DNA of 49,813 bases from Chiloscyllium plagiosum (lineage: Eukaryota), in NCBI RefSeq assembly GCF_004010195.1, contig NC_057751.1, positions 5,012,791 to 5,062,603 on the forward strand. The letters run 5' to 3'. Made by a program: the position numbers and the translations under genes. Under the pieces are notes generated by a model. The model was not told the origin of the DNA. It did no database searches and was given only the letters and a program-made list of their open reading frames with translations. Positions 25,685-38,994 of this stretch are shown piece by piece. Every line of letters starts with the position of its first letter. Position 1 is the first letter of the stretch.

Positions 25685-25920
25685 CCGATTCCTACAGTGC
25701 AGAGAGAGGCCATTCGGCCCATCACATCTGCACCGGCCGCTCAAAAAGCATCCTACACCGCCAACCCCCCTGCCCCGCCACCCCCTTATCCTACCCCATA
25801 ACCCTGTATTTCCCATGGCTAACCCACCTGAGCCACACACCCCTGGACACAATGGGACAATTTCCCAAGCCCATCCACCTGAACCTGCACATCCCTGTAC
25901 TTTGGGCGGAAACCAGAGCA
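25685..25920 (-). mobile_element. Partial V-SINE (3' half)
   Basis: Homologous to 1960-2150 (ggacaattt....g.ccatccacct.aacctgcacat). Confidence 0.7.
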
Positions 25921-27064
25921 CAAGTTGGAAAAGGTGGATACTGGAGGACAGGAGCCAGTTCCCCCACTCGGGAATCTGGTGATAACAATCCCAGGCGACA
26001 GTCCCTGCTCTGTTTGCCAGTCATGGCAACAAAGCGACAATTCAGCGGCATTTGGCAGCTTTGGTCCAGATTATCACTGGAGGGCAATCTTTTTGCTGCC
26101 AAATTCAGTTGCACGTTAAGGAGCACTTGGATTCCATTGTTCACCACTGAATAACTCAGCAGCTTACTCATATCACACCACTGATCCCAGGAGATCGGGG
26201 AAAGGCAACTGACAGCATTGGCTGTGGTGATGGAAACATGAACTACATTTCAAACAAACTACCAACTGTGTCGCCAGGCAGCTGTCTCTGATAACACAGC
26301 AGAAAGTTGAATGAGCTTAGCATGTGAACATTTAATTCGCTATACAGGGGATTTCCTGGCAGTGAGTGAGTTAAAATGAAGCTATGGTTTGGTGCTATGG
26401 TTCAGCTGTGTGTGATACAGAAAGAAACTAAAGAGCCACTTACAGGGAAACTCATGTTGTGTGTTGCTTACACTGCTGCTTGCAGACGGGGTGTATAAAA
26501 GTCAGATTCGGAGAGCGACAGGTTGCTGATTTCTGATGATGGAGTTAGGGCCACTTGTCGATAATAACAATGACTCAACAGCTTCTGGGTGTGAACGATA
26601 TTAGCAGCAACCTTGGGACTGCTAGGAGGGGAAAGGTGGAAAGTAACATCACTGAAGCCTCAAGAAAGTGACTTTGTGTTTCCCTTATCAGTGGCTGTAA
26701 GCTGCTGCTTTTCACCAGGTACTATGAGACTTTGCAGTTTGTGTACAAATTGCCCTGTGCCTCCAGTCAAGACGTGACAAGAGATGATTACTTTGAGAAG
26801 GTGATGGTGAGCTACCTTGAAGGGCTGCGGTCTGGGTGCTGTCGTATGTGCTTAGGAAGAGGATTCCAGGATTTTGATCAGTGATATAGTTCCAAGTCAG
26901 GGTGGAGAATGGCTTGGAGGGGAACTTGCAGGCGTTGATGTTCCCATATACCTGCTGCCCTTATCCTTACAGATAACTGGTACACACAGGTGTGACTATG
27001 TGTCAATTGCGGTGGATGAGTCAGCAACTGGAGGGCATTACTAGAGAAACAAAATAGACAAGCA

Positions 27065-27203
27065 AAGACAGAATCAGGATTTGGAGATGCCGGTGTTGGA
27101 TTGGGGTGTACAAAGTTACAAATCACACAACACCAGGTTATAGTCCAACAGGTTTAATTGGAAACACACTAACGTTTGGAGCAACACTCCTTCATCAGGT
27201 GAT
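27065..27203 (-). mobile_element. Short probable Penelope-like 3' end with degenerate hammerhead (family 3)
   Basis: Minus strand: cac CTGATGA a GGAG tgttg CTCC aaacgtt agtg. Stem II is intact; G12 is missing. Confidence 0.6.
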
Positions 27204-27434
27204 AGTCACAATCAACATGATTGTTTCTTACAACTCAGTGTAGATCACAGCCCAAGGCATGTATTTCTTCATGAACTGACACATCAGCTTAGGAGATGGC
27301 ATTTCATTACATTTCTTCTCAAGGACTAAGGGCCTAGAGCAATGCTCCCCTATCAATACAAAATCATCACTGCTGTTTCAATCATCCACATTGCTACTAG
27401 CACAACAGGCATTATGTAACAGATTCAACCAACA

Positions 27435-28198
27435 ATACTGACCCTCCGATAGTGTGGCATTCCGTCAGGACTGAACCTCCGACAGTGTGGCATTCTGTCA
27501 GGACTGACCCTCTGACAGTGTGGCATTCCGTCAGGACTGACCCTCCGATAGTGTGGCATTCCGTCAGGACTGACCCTCCGACAGTGTGGCATTCCGTCAG
27601 GACTGACCCTCCGACAGTGTGGCATTCCGTCAGCACTGACCCCCCGACAGTGCCCACTCCCTCAGCACTGACCCTCCGACAGTGTGGCACACCCTCAGCA
27701 CTGACCCTCCGACAGTGTGGCATTCCGTCAGGACTGACCCTCCGACAGTGCGGCACTCCGTCAGGACTGACCCTCCGACACTGTGGCATTCCGTCAGGAC
27801 TGACCCTCCAACAGTGCCCACTCCCTCAGCACTGACCCCCCGACAGTGCCCACTCCCTCAGCACTGACCCTCCAACAGTGTGGCATTCCCTCAGCACTGA
27901 CCCTCTGATAGTGCAGCACTCCCTCAGCACTGACACTCTGACAGTGCCCACTGCCTCAGCACTGACCCCCTGACAGTGCGGCACTCCCTCAGCACTGACC
28001 CTCCGACAGTGCAGCACTCCCTCAGCACTGACCCTCTGACAGTGCGGCGCTCCCTCAGAACTGACCCTCCAACAGTGCCCACTCCCTCAGCACTGACCCT
28101 CCAACAGTGTGGCATTCCATCAGGACTGACCCTCCGACAGTGCCCACTCCCTCAGTACTGACCCTCTGACAGTTCAGCACTCACTCAGCACTGACCCT
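27435..28198. repeat. Minisatellite, 32-33-bp unit (CAGCACTGACCCTCCGACAGTGYGGCACTCCCT), ~23 copies
   Basis: Directly visible tandem units with variants. Confidence 0.95.
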
Positions 28199-29631
28199 GT
28201 ATCCATGAATAGGGAGGACTCAAAGCAATGTGTGCCAGATGCTGGTAAATGGGACTAGTTTATTTGGGAACGTTGCTCAGCGTGAATGAGTTGGTCCAAA
28301 GGATTGGGTGTGTCCAAGCAGTCTGACTGTAATGGACAATCCTTTCTCCAGCTCAACAGGCTGCATTGCTGGAATCTTCTTCCATCTGAAGCTTGCTTCA
28401 CACAGGAACAGACCATGCCCTTGTCCCCTCCACACTACTTTATCCAGCTATCTGTCTGCAAACCTGACCAGCAATGAGCAGGACATATTCAGGGGGAAAG
28501 TGTGGGAATGGATGTCTGAGTGCATATCTAAATGCTGAAGGGGTCAGGAAGCTGAGTGAGACATCAGGCTGGGAGACAGAGAATCACAAACTGAGCACTG
28601 ACCTGCACCTGATCACCCACCATAAAGAGTGGAGCTCACACCAAAACCTTTTGACAAAATCTACTTCAACTGTCCCGGTGGGGTCAAAATACACCCTGCC
28701 CCATCACCCCGCAATGATGGAGTTTGCACAACAGACCCTCACCCCCAACCTGTCCCAAATCAGGGTCCCACAACATAAAACACAGCAGGCGGCCCAATGA
28801 CAGGTCCTGATGTATCCCAGCCCAACGTCCCACTCCCTGAGGAAGCCTCCACCCTGTTCCCAGACCCTGACCTACTGTCACTGTCCCTCCCATATCTGGA
28901 TGGACTGCATTATGGTCCTTTACTGGCAACCCATGTGCATGGCCTACCATGCTCTGTGGAAGGTGCTAAACCTTCCACAGAACCGTTTCGGTTTCTGTTC
29001 GGTGCAGTCACATGGTAGACTTTGCCAGCTCACAAGAAACAGTGGGTACTCAGAATGTTCCCCACAGAGGGTCGCCCCAAACTCTACCTCTACCCCAATC
29101 ACTCCCACCCTTGACTGGGAAAGACTTGGATCTCAGGACGCCTAATTCCCAGAACCACAATTCCCGGTTCAACCTGTCACACAGGCTGAGCCATACTCAC
29201 TCGGGGATCGTGAGCAGGAGTGACAGGGTAACGGAGAGGCTGTGGAACAGGAGGGCACACTTCTTTCAACACCCAAAAGATCCCCTCTGCCTTCTAAAGC
29301 TGATCAAAACAGAATCAAAGAGCCTTGTACTCATCTCCCATTGTGGACAAGGAACGGGCAAGGTCCCTGAGTGCTGTACAACTGATGGTTTCCAATGAAT
29401 TGCAAATGGTGCAACAGGAAAAGGTGGAAGGAATAAGCTTTAGGATGATTCCAGCATCAGCAAGGTGAGAGTGACCACATATTGAGTGCAACAAGAAATC
29501 TCAGCCAGGAATCTGGTTCTAACCCTTCCCCCAAAGCCCTCCCCGAGGTCAGAAAGCCTCATCTGAAAGACATGGAATCCCATGCACAGGATCAGTATCT
29601 CTCTACTTACAGGAGGAGGATGTCAGTGTCA

Positions 29632-30060
29632 TTGAGTCATACGGCACAGAAACAGACCCTTCAGTCCAGCCGGTCAATGCTAACCACAATCCCAAACTCA
29701 ACGAGTCCCACCTGCCTGCTCCTGGTCCATAACCCTCCAAACATTTCCAATCCATGTCCTTATCCAAATGTCCTTCAAATGTTGGAACTACACCCACGTC
29801 CACCACTTCCTCTGACACATGGAACCAATCTCTGCATGAAACAAATTGCCTCTGATGTCTGTTAAATCCTGTTCCTCTCACTGTAAACATATGCCCCCTG
29901 GCTTTGAAATCCTCTGTGCTCTAGGGAAAAGACCCCTCATGATTTCATAAATCTCTCTAAGGTCCACCTTTCTACCTCCCATGCCCCAGTGAAAAAATAT
30001 CCCAGCCGATCCAGCCTCTCCCGATATCTCCATTCCCAGCAACATCCTGGTTAAAGCCTC
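29632..30060 (-). mobile_element. Decayed CR1 3' fragment
   Basis: Homologous to 13870-14040; translates to FEGHLDK..LEGYGPGAGRWD. Confidence 0.8.
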
Positions 30061-30929
30061 CTGGGAGCCTCTGTTTGAGAAGGTGGGTCTGACTGTTACC
30101 AAGCTGGGCTGGGGTGGCTGATGAGGCCTTTCCTGTCTCCAAGGGCTCGGAGTGTTTGGAACACCTGGACACAGACAGCTGTGTATGGGCTCAGAGTCCT
30201 CGAAGGCTGCCAAAGACAACTCTTGTGCAGTTGGGGAACAAGGGCTGGGGAAAAGGGCAGGAAAGTGGGCATGAGGAGTATGGGATCAGCCATGATCCTG
30301 TTGACTGGTGGAGCGGGATTGAGGGGCCGAAAGGCCTGCTTACTGTTCCTGTTCCTTATGGACTGATGGAACCAATCAGGCAGGCTGGGCTTGTCTCAGA
30401 GCGTGAGGGGTGATGATGATGATGACGATGACCACAAGGCATCTTGATGGGGCCTGTTCATCTGCAACATGTGAGGAACTGACCAGAACACAAGGTCCTT
30501 GGGTCTTGGCTTGGAACTGAAAAGCAATGATGCACAAAGTCATCACAGTCAGCTCACCACCAGCAGTCCACCCAGCTCATTCCAGACTGACCAGGAAGGC
30601 TGCAGGGTGTCATCGCTTCACTGTGGGTGGAGAAGGGAGGCTGGGAGGGGGAAAGAAAATCCTTCCCAACCCCAGGGAATGTCGATAGCCAGTTCTCTTA
30701 CTCTCCTCACACTGACGCTGCTGCACACCTCTCCCTATCTCAGCCAGCTTGGTCACCTCACTCCCGAATAGCTCCACACGCAGTCCCCTGGTCAAAGCAA
30801 GTTCACCAACAGCCCTGTGAAACATCACCTCATGTCGGAACAGCAGCAAAGTGGTGGATTACAGCTGGGAGCCTGAGCAGATGGAAATCACTCTGAAATC
30901 TCAAAGAAAACAAGTGCCTTTGAGAAAAC

Positions 30930-33900
30930 AACACACACACACACGCTCGCAGACACACACACACACACACACATAGCGCACATAGACACACATGCTCGCA
31001 GACACACACACAGACACACACACGCACATAGACACACACGCTCGCAGACACACACAGACACACACACATAGACATACACACAGACACATACACGCACGCA
31101 GACACACACAGACACGCACGCAGACACACACATGAACGCAGACACACACACATAGACACACACAGACACGCACACACACGCAGACACACACCGAGGGACA
31201 CGCACACACACGCAGAGCGAGGGAGGGACACGCACACACACGCAGAGCGAGGGAGGGACACATTCACACACCAGACACACACGCACGCAGACACACACAC
31301 CACACAGACACACACGCACGCAGACACACACACCACACAGACACACACGCACGCAGACACACACACCACACAGACACACACGCACGCAGACACACACACC
31401 ACACAGACACACACGCACGCAGACACACACACCACACAGACACACACGCACGCAGACACACACACCACACAGACACACACGCACGCAGACACACACACCA
31501 CACAGACACACACGCACGCAGACACACACACCACACAGACACACACGCACGCAGACACACACACCACACAGACACACACGCACGCAGACACACACACCAC
31601 ACAGACACACACGCACGCAGACACACACACCACACAGACACACACGCACGCAGACACACACACCACACAGACACACACGCACGCAGACACACACACCACA
31701 CAGACACACACGCACGCAGACACACACACCACACAGACACACACGCACGCAGACACACACACCACACAGACACACACGCACGCAGACACACACACCACAC
31801 AGACACACACGCACGCAGACACACACACCACACAGACACACACGCACGCAGACACACACACCACACAGACACACACGCACGCAGACACACACACCACACA
31901 GACACACACGCACGCAGACACACACACCACACAGACACACACGCACGCAGACACACACACCACACAGACACACACGCACGCAGACACACACACCACACAG
32001 ACACACACGCACGCAGACACACACACCACACAGACACACACGCACGCAGACACACACACCACACAGACACACACGCACGCAGACACACACACCACACAGA
32101 CACACACGCACGCAGACACACACACCACACAGACACACACGCACGCAGACACACACACCACACAGACACACACGCACGCAGACACACACACCACACAGAC
32201 ACACACGCACGCAGACACACACACCACACAGACACACACGCACGCAGACACACACACCACACAGACACACACGCACGCAGACACACACACCACACAGACA
32301 CACACGCACGCAGACACACACACCACACAGACACACACGCACGCAGACACACACACCACACAGACACACACGCACGCAGACACACACACCACACAGACAC
32401 ACACGCACGCAGACACACACACCACACAGACACACACGCACGCAGACACACACACCACACAGACACACACGCACGCAGACACACACACCACACAGACACA
32501 CACGCACGCAGACACACACACCACACAGACACACACGCACGCAGACACACACACCACACAGACACACACGCACGCAGACACACACACCACACAGACACAC
32601 ACGCACGCAGACACACACACCACACAGACACACACGCACGCAGACACACACACCACACAGACACACACGCACGCAGACACACACACCACACAGACACACA
32701 CGCACGCAGACACACACACCACACAGACACACACGCACGCAGACACACACACCACACAGACACACACGCACGCAGACACACACACCACACAGACACACAC
32801 GCACGCAGACACACACACCACACAGACACACACGCACGCAGACACACACACCACACAGACACACACGCACGCAGACACACACACCACACAGACACACACG
32901 CACGCAGACACACACACCACACAGACACACACGCACGCAGACACACACACCACACAGACACACACGCACGCAGACACACACACCACACAGACACACACGC
33001 ACGCAGACACACACACCACACAGACACACACGCACGCAGACACACACACCACACAGACACACACGCACGCAGACACACACACCACACAGACACACACGCA
33101 CGCAGACACACACACCACACAGACACACACGCACGCAGACACACACACCACACAGACACACACGCACGCAGACACACACACCACACAGACACACACGCAC
33201 GCAGACACACACACCACACAGACACACACGCACGCAGACACACACACCACACAGACACACACGCACGCAGACACACACACCACACAGACACACACGCACG
33301 CAGACACACACACCACACAGACACACACGCACGCAGACACACACACCACACAGACACACACGCACGCAGACACACACACCACACAGACACACACGCACGC
33401 AGACACACACACCACACAGACACACACGCACGCAGACACACACACCACACAGACACACACGCACGCAGACACACACACCACACAGACACACACGCACGCA
33501 GACACACACACCACACAGACACACACGCACGCAGACACACACACCACACAGACACACACGCACGCAGACACACACACCACACAGACACACACGCACGCAG
33601 ACACACACACCACACAGACACACACGCACGCAGACACACACACCACACAGACACACACGCACGCAGACACACACACCACACAGACACACACGCACGCAGA
33701 CACACACACCACACAGACACACACGCACGCAGACACACACACCACACAGACACACACGCACGCAGACACACACACCACACAGACACACACGCACGCAGAC
33801 ACACACACCACACAGACACACACGCACGCAGACACACACACCACACAGACACACACGCACGCAGACACACACACCACACAGACACACACGCACGCAGACA

Positions 33901-36900
33901 CACACACCACACAGACACACACGCACGCAGACACACACACCACACAGACACACACGCACGCAGACACACACACCACACAGACACACACGCACGCAGACAC
34001 ACACACCACACAGACACACACGCACGCAGACACACACACCACACAGACACACACGCACGCAGACACACACACCACACAGACACACACGCACGCAGACACA
34101 CACACCACACAGACACACACGCACGCAGACACACACACCACACAGACACACACGCACGCAGACACACACACCACACAGACACACACGCACGCAGACACAC
34201 ACACCACACAGACACACACGCACGCAGACACACACACCACACAGACACACACGCACGCAGACACACACACCACACAGACACACACGCACGCAGACACACA
34301 CACCACACAGACACACACGCACGCAGACACACACACCACACAGACACACACGCACGCAGACACACACACCACACAGACACACACGCACGCAGACACACAC
34401 ACCACACAGACACACACGCACGCAGACACACACACCACACAGACACACACGCACGCAGACACACACACCACACAGACACACACGCACGCAGACACACACA
34501 CCACACAGACACACACGCACGCAGACACACACACCACACAGACACACACGCACGCAGACACACACACCACACAGACACACACGCACGCAGACACACACAC
34601 CACACAGACACACACGCACGCAGACACACACACCACACAGACACACACGCACGCAGACACACACACCACACAGACACACACGCACGCAGACACACACACC
34701 ACACAGACACACACGCACGCAGACACACACACCACACAGACACACACGCACGCAGACACACACACCACACAGACACACACGCACGCAGACACACACACCA
34801 CACAGACACACACGCACGCAGACACACACACCACACAGACACACACGCACGCAGACACACACACCACACAGACACACACGCACGCAGACACACACACCAC
34901 ACAGACACACACGCACGCAGACACACACACCACACAGACACACACGCACGCAGACACACACACCACACAGACACACACGCACGCAGACACACACACCACA
35001 CAGACACACACGCACGCAGACACACACACCACACAGACACACACGCACGCAGACACACACACCACACAGACACACACGCACGCAGACACACACACCACAC
35101 AGACACACACGCACGCAGACACACACACCACACAGACACACACGCACGCAGACACACACACCACACAGACACACACGCACGCAGACACACACACCACACA
35201 GACACACACGCACGCAGACACACACACCACACAGACACACACGCACGCAGACACACACACCACACAGACACACACGCACGCAGACACACACACCACACAG
35301 ACACACACGCACGCAGACACACACACCACACAGACACACACGCACGCAGACACACACACCACACAGACACACACGCACGCAGACACACACACCACACAGA
35401 CACACACGCACGCAGACACACACACCACACAGACACACACGCACGCAGACACACACACCACACAGACACACACGCACGCAGACACACACACCACACAGAC
35501 ACACACGCACGCAGACACACACACCACACAGACACACACGCACGCAGACACACACACCACACAGACACACACGCACGCAGACACACACACCACACAGACA
35601 CACACGCACGCAGACACACACACCACACAGACACACACGCACGCAGACACACACACCACACAGACACACACGCACGCAGACACACACACCACACAGACAC
35701 ACACGCACGCAGACACACACACCACACAGACACACACGCACGCAGACACACACACCACACAGACACACACGCACGCAGACACACACACCACACAGACACA
35801 CACGCACGCAGACACACACACCACACAGACACACACGCACGCAGACACACACACCACACAGACACACACGCACGCAGACACACACACCACACAGACACAC
35901 ACGCACGCAGACACACACACCACACAGACACACACGCACGCAGACACACACACCACACAGACACACACGCACGCAGACACACACACCACACAGACACACA
36001 CGCACGCAGACACACACACCACACAGACACACACGCACGCAGACACACACACCACACAGACACACACGCACGCAGACACACACACCACACAGACACACAC
36101 GCACGCAGACACACACACCACACAGACACACACGCACGCAGACACACACACCACACAGACACACACGCACGCAGACACACACACCACACAGACACACACG
36201 CACGCAGACACACACACCACACAGACACACACGCACGCAGACACACACACCACACAGACACACACGCACGCAGACACACACACCACACAGACACACACGC
36301 ACGCAGACACACACACCACACAGACACACACGCACGCAGACACACACACCACACAGACACACACGCACGCAGACACACACACCACACAGACACACACGCA
36401 CGCAGACACACACACCACACAGACACACACGCACGCAGACACACACACCACACAGACACACACGCACGCAGACACACACACCACACAGACACACACGCAC
36501 GCAGACACACACACCACACAGACACACACGCACGCAGACACACACACCACACAGACACACACGCACGCAGACACACACACCACACAGACACACACGCACG
36601 CAGACACACACACCACACAGACACACACGCACGCAGACACACACACCACACAGACACACACGCACGCAGACACACACACCACACAGACACACACGCACGC
36701 AGACACACACACCACACAGACACACACGCACGCAGACACACACACCACACAGACACACACGCACGCAGACACACACGCAGACACACACACCACACAGACA
36801 CACACATGCAGACACACACGCACGCAGACACACACGCATGCACACACACACACACACGCATGCACACACAGACACACGCATGCAGACACACACGCATGCA

Positions 36901-36980
36901 GACACACACATGCACGCACACACAGACACACGCACGCAGACACACACGCATGCAGACACACACACGCATGCACACACGCA
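30930..36980. repeat. Large CA-rich tandem array; core 31270-36770 is a homogeneous 33-bp unit (AGACACACACGCACGCAGACACACACACCACAC), ~165 copies
   Basis: Lines recur every 660 bp (20 units); the ORF track shows 11-aa periodicity. Confidence 0.97.
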
Positions 36981-37904
36981 GATCAGAAAACTGCCTTTCA
37001 CACTCACACAAATAAGGCAGCGAAAATTCAATATTTATTCACTTATCTGCTTTGGGGCCTCAGTAAGCGGATTAGTCATTAATTAAATTGTATCACAAAG
37101 CATTCCTCTGGCACAGACTCACAGAGACTTGGAACTTGCCACGCCTGACTCACTTGTGTGAGATGGCAAGTTCATTTGGCAACGGACTGATCTGACTCTG
37201 GGGACAAGGGTCCTGTTGTGGAAGGAAGAGTGAAAATGAACACAGGTTTCTGTGAGAAGGAAGGAAGCAGAATGGGTGGAGGGACAGCATCAGGAATCAG
37301 GAGGGCTGAATGGTCTGTGTCTTGCACTGTGCGTGATGAAAAACAACTAATTGCAGTGACATGGCGTTGTGAAATATTCTCAAACTTGGCTTGCAGTCAG
37401 AGTCATTTGCTCAAGGCACTGACACTAAAGCACATGAAGTCTTGCTGTGGGGGGGGTATTATTTGACAGAGTGTTGTAAATGTGGGGAGAGAGGGTGAGA
37501 ATGACAGAGACAGACAGAGAGAGAGAGGGCAGAGAGTTTCAGTGAGAAAGCTCTGTTGCTGAAGGTTCAAACAGCCCAAGGCATGGTTACCAGGGCTGCA
37601 GTAACCCAGGACAAACAGCAAGCAGGAATTGGAAGGTTTACAAGGGCTGCACCAGGTGAGTCCACAGTGAAGAGCAATGAGACTTTTTCCCGTGTGTGTG
37701 GGTCAACTCAGCTGAAGTAAAACTGGAGCAGGGCCCTGTTGGACTCCAGCAACTAAGTAAGTGTTCTCCTTCCACCTCCTGTGCACAGCTCTGTCCAATA
37801 AAAGCCCATCGCTGTTTCTGTCCTCTCCCTCAGAATGAAGATCTCAGCTGACTGCCACCTGTGTAACCCTAGTATAAATACCTCCCTATTTCTCCCATTT
37901 TTTT

Positions 37905-37943
37905 AGCTTTGACAAAGGGTCAGTTAGACTCGAAACGTCAGCT
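37905..37943 (+). ncRNA. Minimal hammerhead ribozyme motif with U3:A8 core variant (family 2), in a short element at ~37860-38010
   Basis: AGCT TTGACAA a GGGTC agtta GACTC GAAA CGTC AGCT: perfect 4-bp stem I, 5-bp stem II and a GUC triplet. Confidence 0.72.
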
Positions 37944-38571
37944 CTTTTCTCTCCTTACAGATGCTGCCAGACCTGCTGAGATTTTCCAGCATTTTCTCTT
38001 TTGGTTTCAGCTGACTGTAGTCGTGAATATGGAACAGTGAGGGAGATCCACATAGAGAGCAGCTGCAGATTTGTTTGCAGAGACAGCTTGGGATTAAAGC
38101 ATGCTGCTGAGACCATTTTTCTGCATTCTAGCCCCCCTCCCACTCACCCCTGGGTATATCAGACAAGCATGGGGCTTTGGGCTCACTCCCTGCAGGGGTA
38201 AGGAGACAATGGAAGTTCTCAGGATAGTCCTACTTGTTCTCCTCTGTCTTGATTAGTGCAATCAGTTTCTGAAGACTTCCTCGAATGATTTGGACTCACC
38301 TGGAAACAAGGTGAGTTAGTTGCAGGCAGTGTTGTTCCTCTCTTCCTGTCATGGTATGGAGACTTCACTGAGTGAGAGAGACAACCCCCTTAAAGGGGTA
38401 CACACACACACACACACACAGAGCACCTGATTCCACAACCAAAGATAGTGTCCTGAGCTGTGGTATGGCTCAAATCCCTTCACTTGGTGACAGACTCCTG
38501 ATGGCTACTCAATACTGGACTTGTTGAATCATCCCATCGGGATTTCAGGCATTTTTACAGGACAAGGATGG

Positions 38572-38607
<36 letters not shown>

Positions 38608-38862
38608 ACTTTCCCTGCACCATCCCCTGCCAAAAGGTGTTAGAATCCAGAAATAGACTGACTGATGTTTCGAACTCATCTGATTGTCTCTCTGACAATG
38701 GACAGCATTTCTTTGTTCATTGATGAGATGATTTCTTGCCCATTGCCTAACTACCCAGAGGGCAGTTCAGAGCCAACGACATTGCTGTGGGTTTGGACAG
38801 TGAGGATGGAGAGTTTCCTTCCTAATAGGACATGAGGGAACCAGATGGCGTTTTCCTGACTA

Positions 38863-38994
38863 ACAGCAAATTACTGCGGGTGCTGGAATCTGAAACCAAA
38901 AGAGAAAATGCTGGAAAATCTCAGCAGGTCTGGCAGCAGCTGTAAGGAGAGAAAAGAGCTGACGTTTCGAGTCTAACTGACCCTTTGTCAAAGC
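38863..38994 (-). mobile_element. 132-bp family-2 insertion containing the U3:A8 hammerhead (38957-38995), with 12-bp TSD
   Basis: TTTTCCTGACTA at 38851-38862 and 38995-39006. Near-identical reverse complement of 37905-38010. Confidence 0.82.

Noticed and set aside
26494..26501. TATAAAAG suggesting a third MSMB-like gene
   Set aside because: No exon with the W-x4-C-x2-C-x-C-x6-CC signature was found downstream on either strand by eye.
27435..28198. CRISPR-like periodic array
   Set aside because: No unique spacers, no cas genes and a vertebrate context; it is a minisatellite.
30830..37031. Three ~2000-aa Cys/Val-rich ORFs
   Set aside because: They are translations of a 33-bp TG-rich repeat that cannot contain stop codons; all three frames are open.
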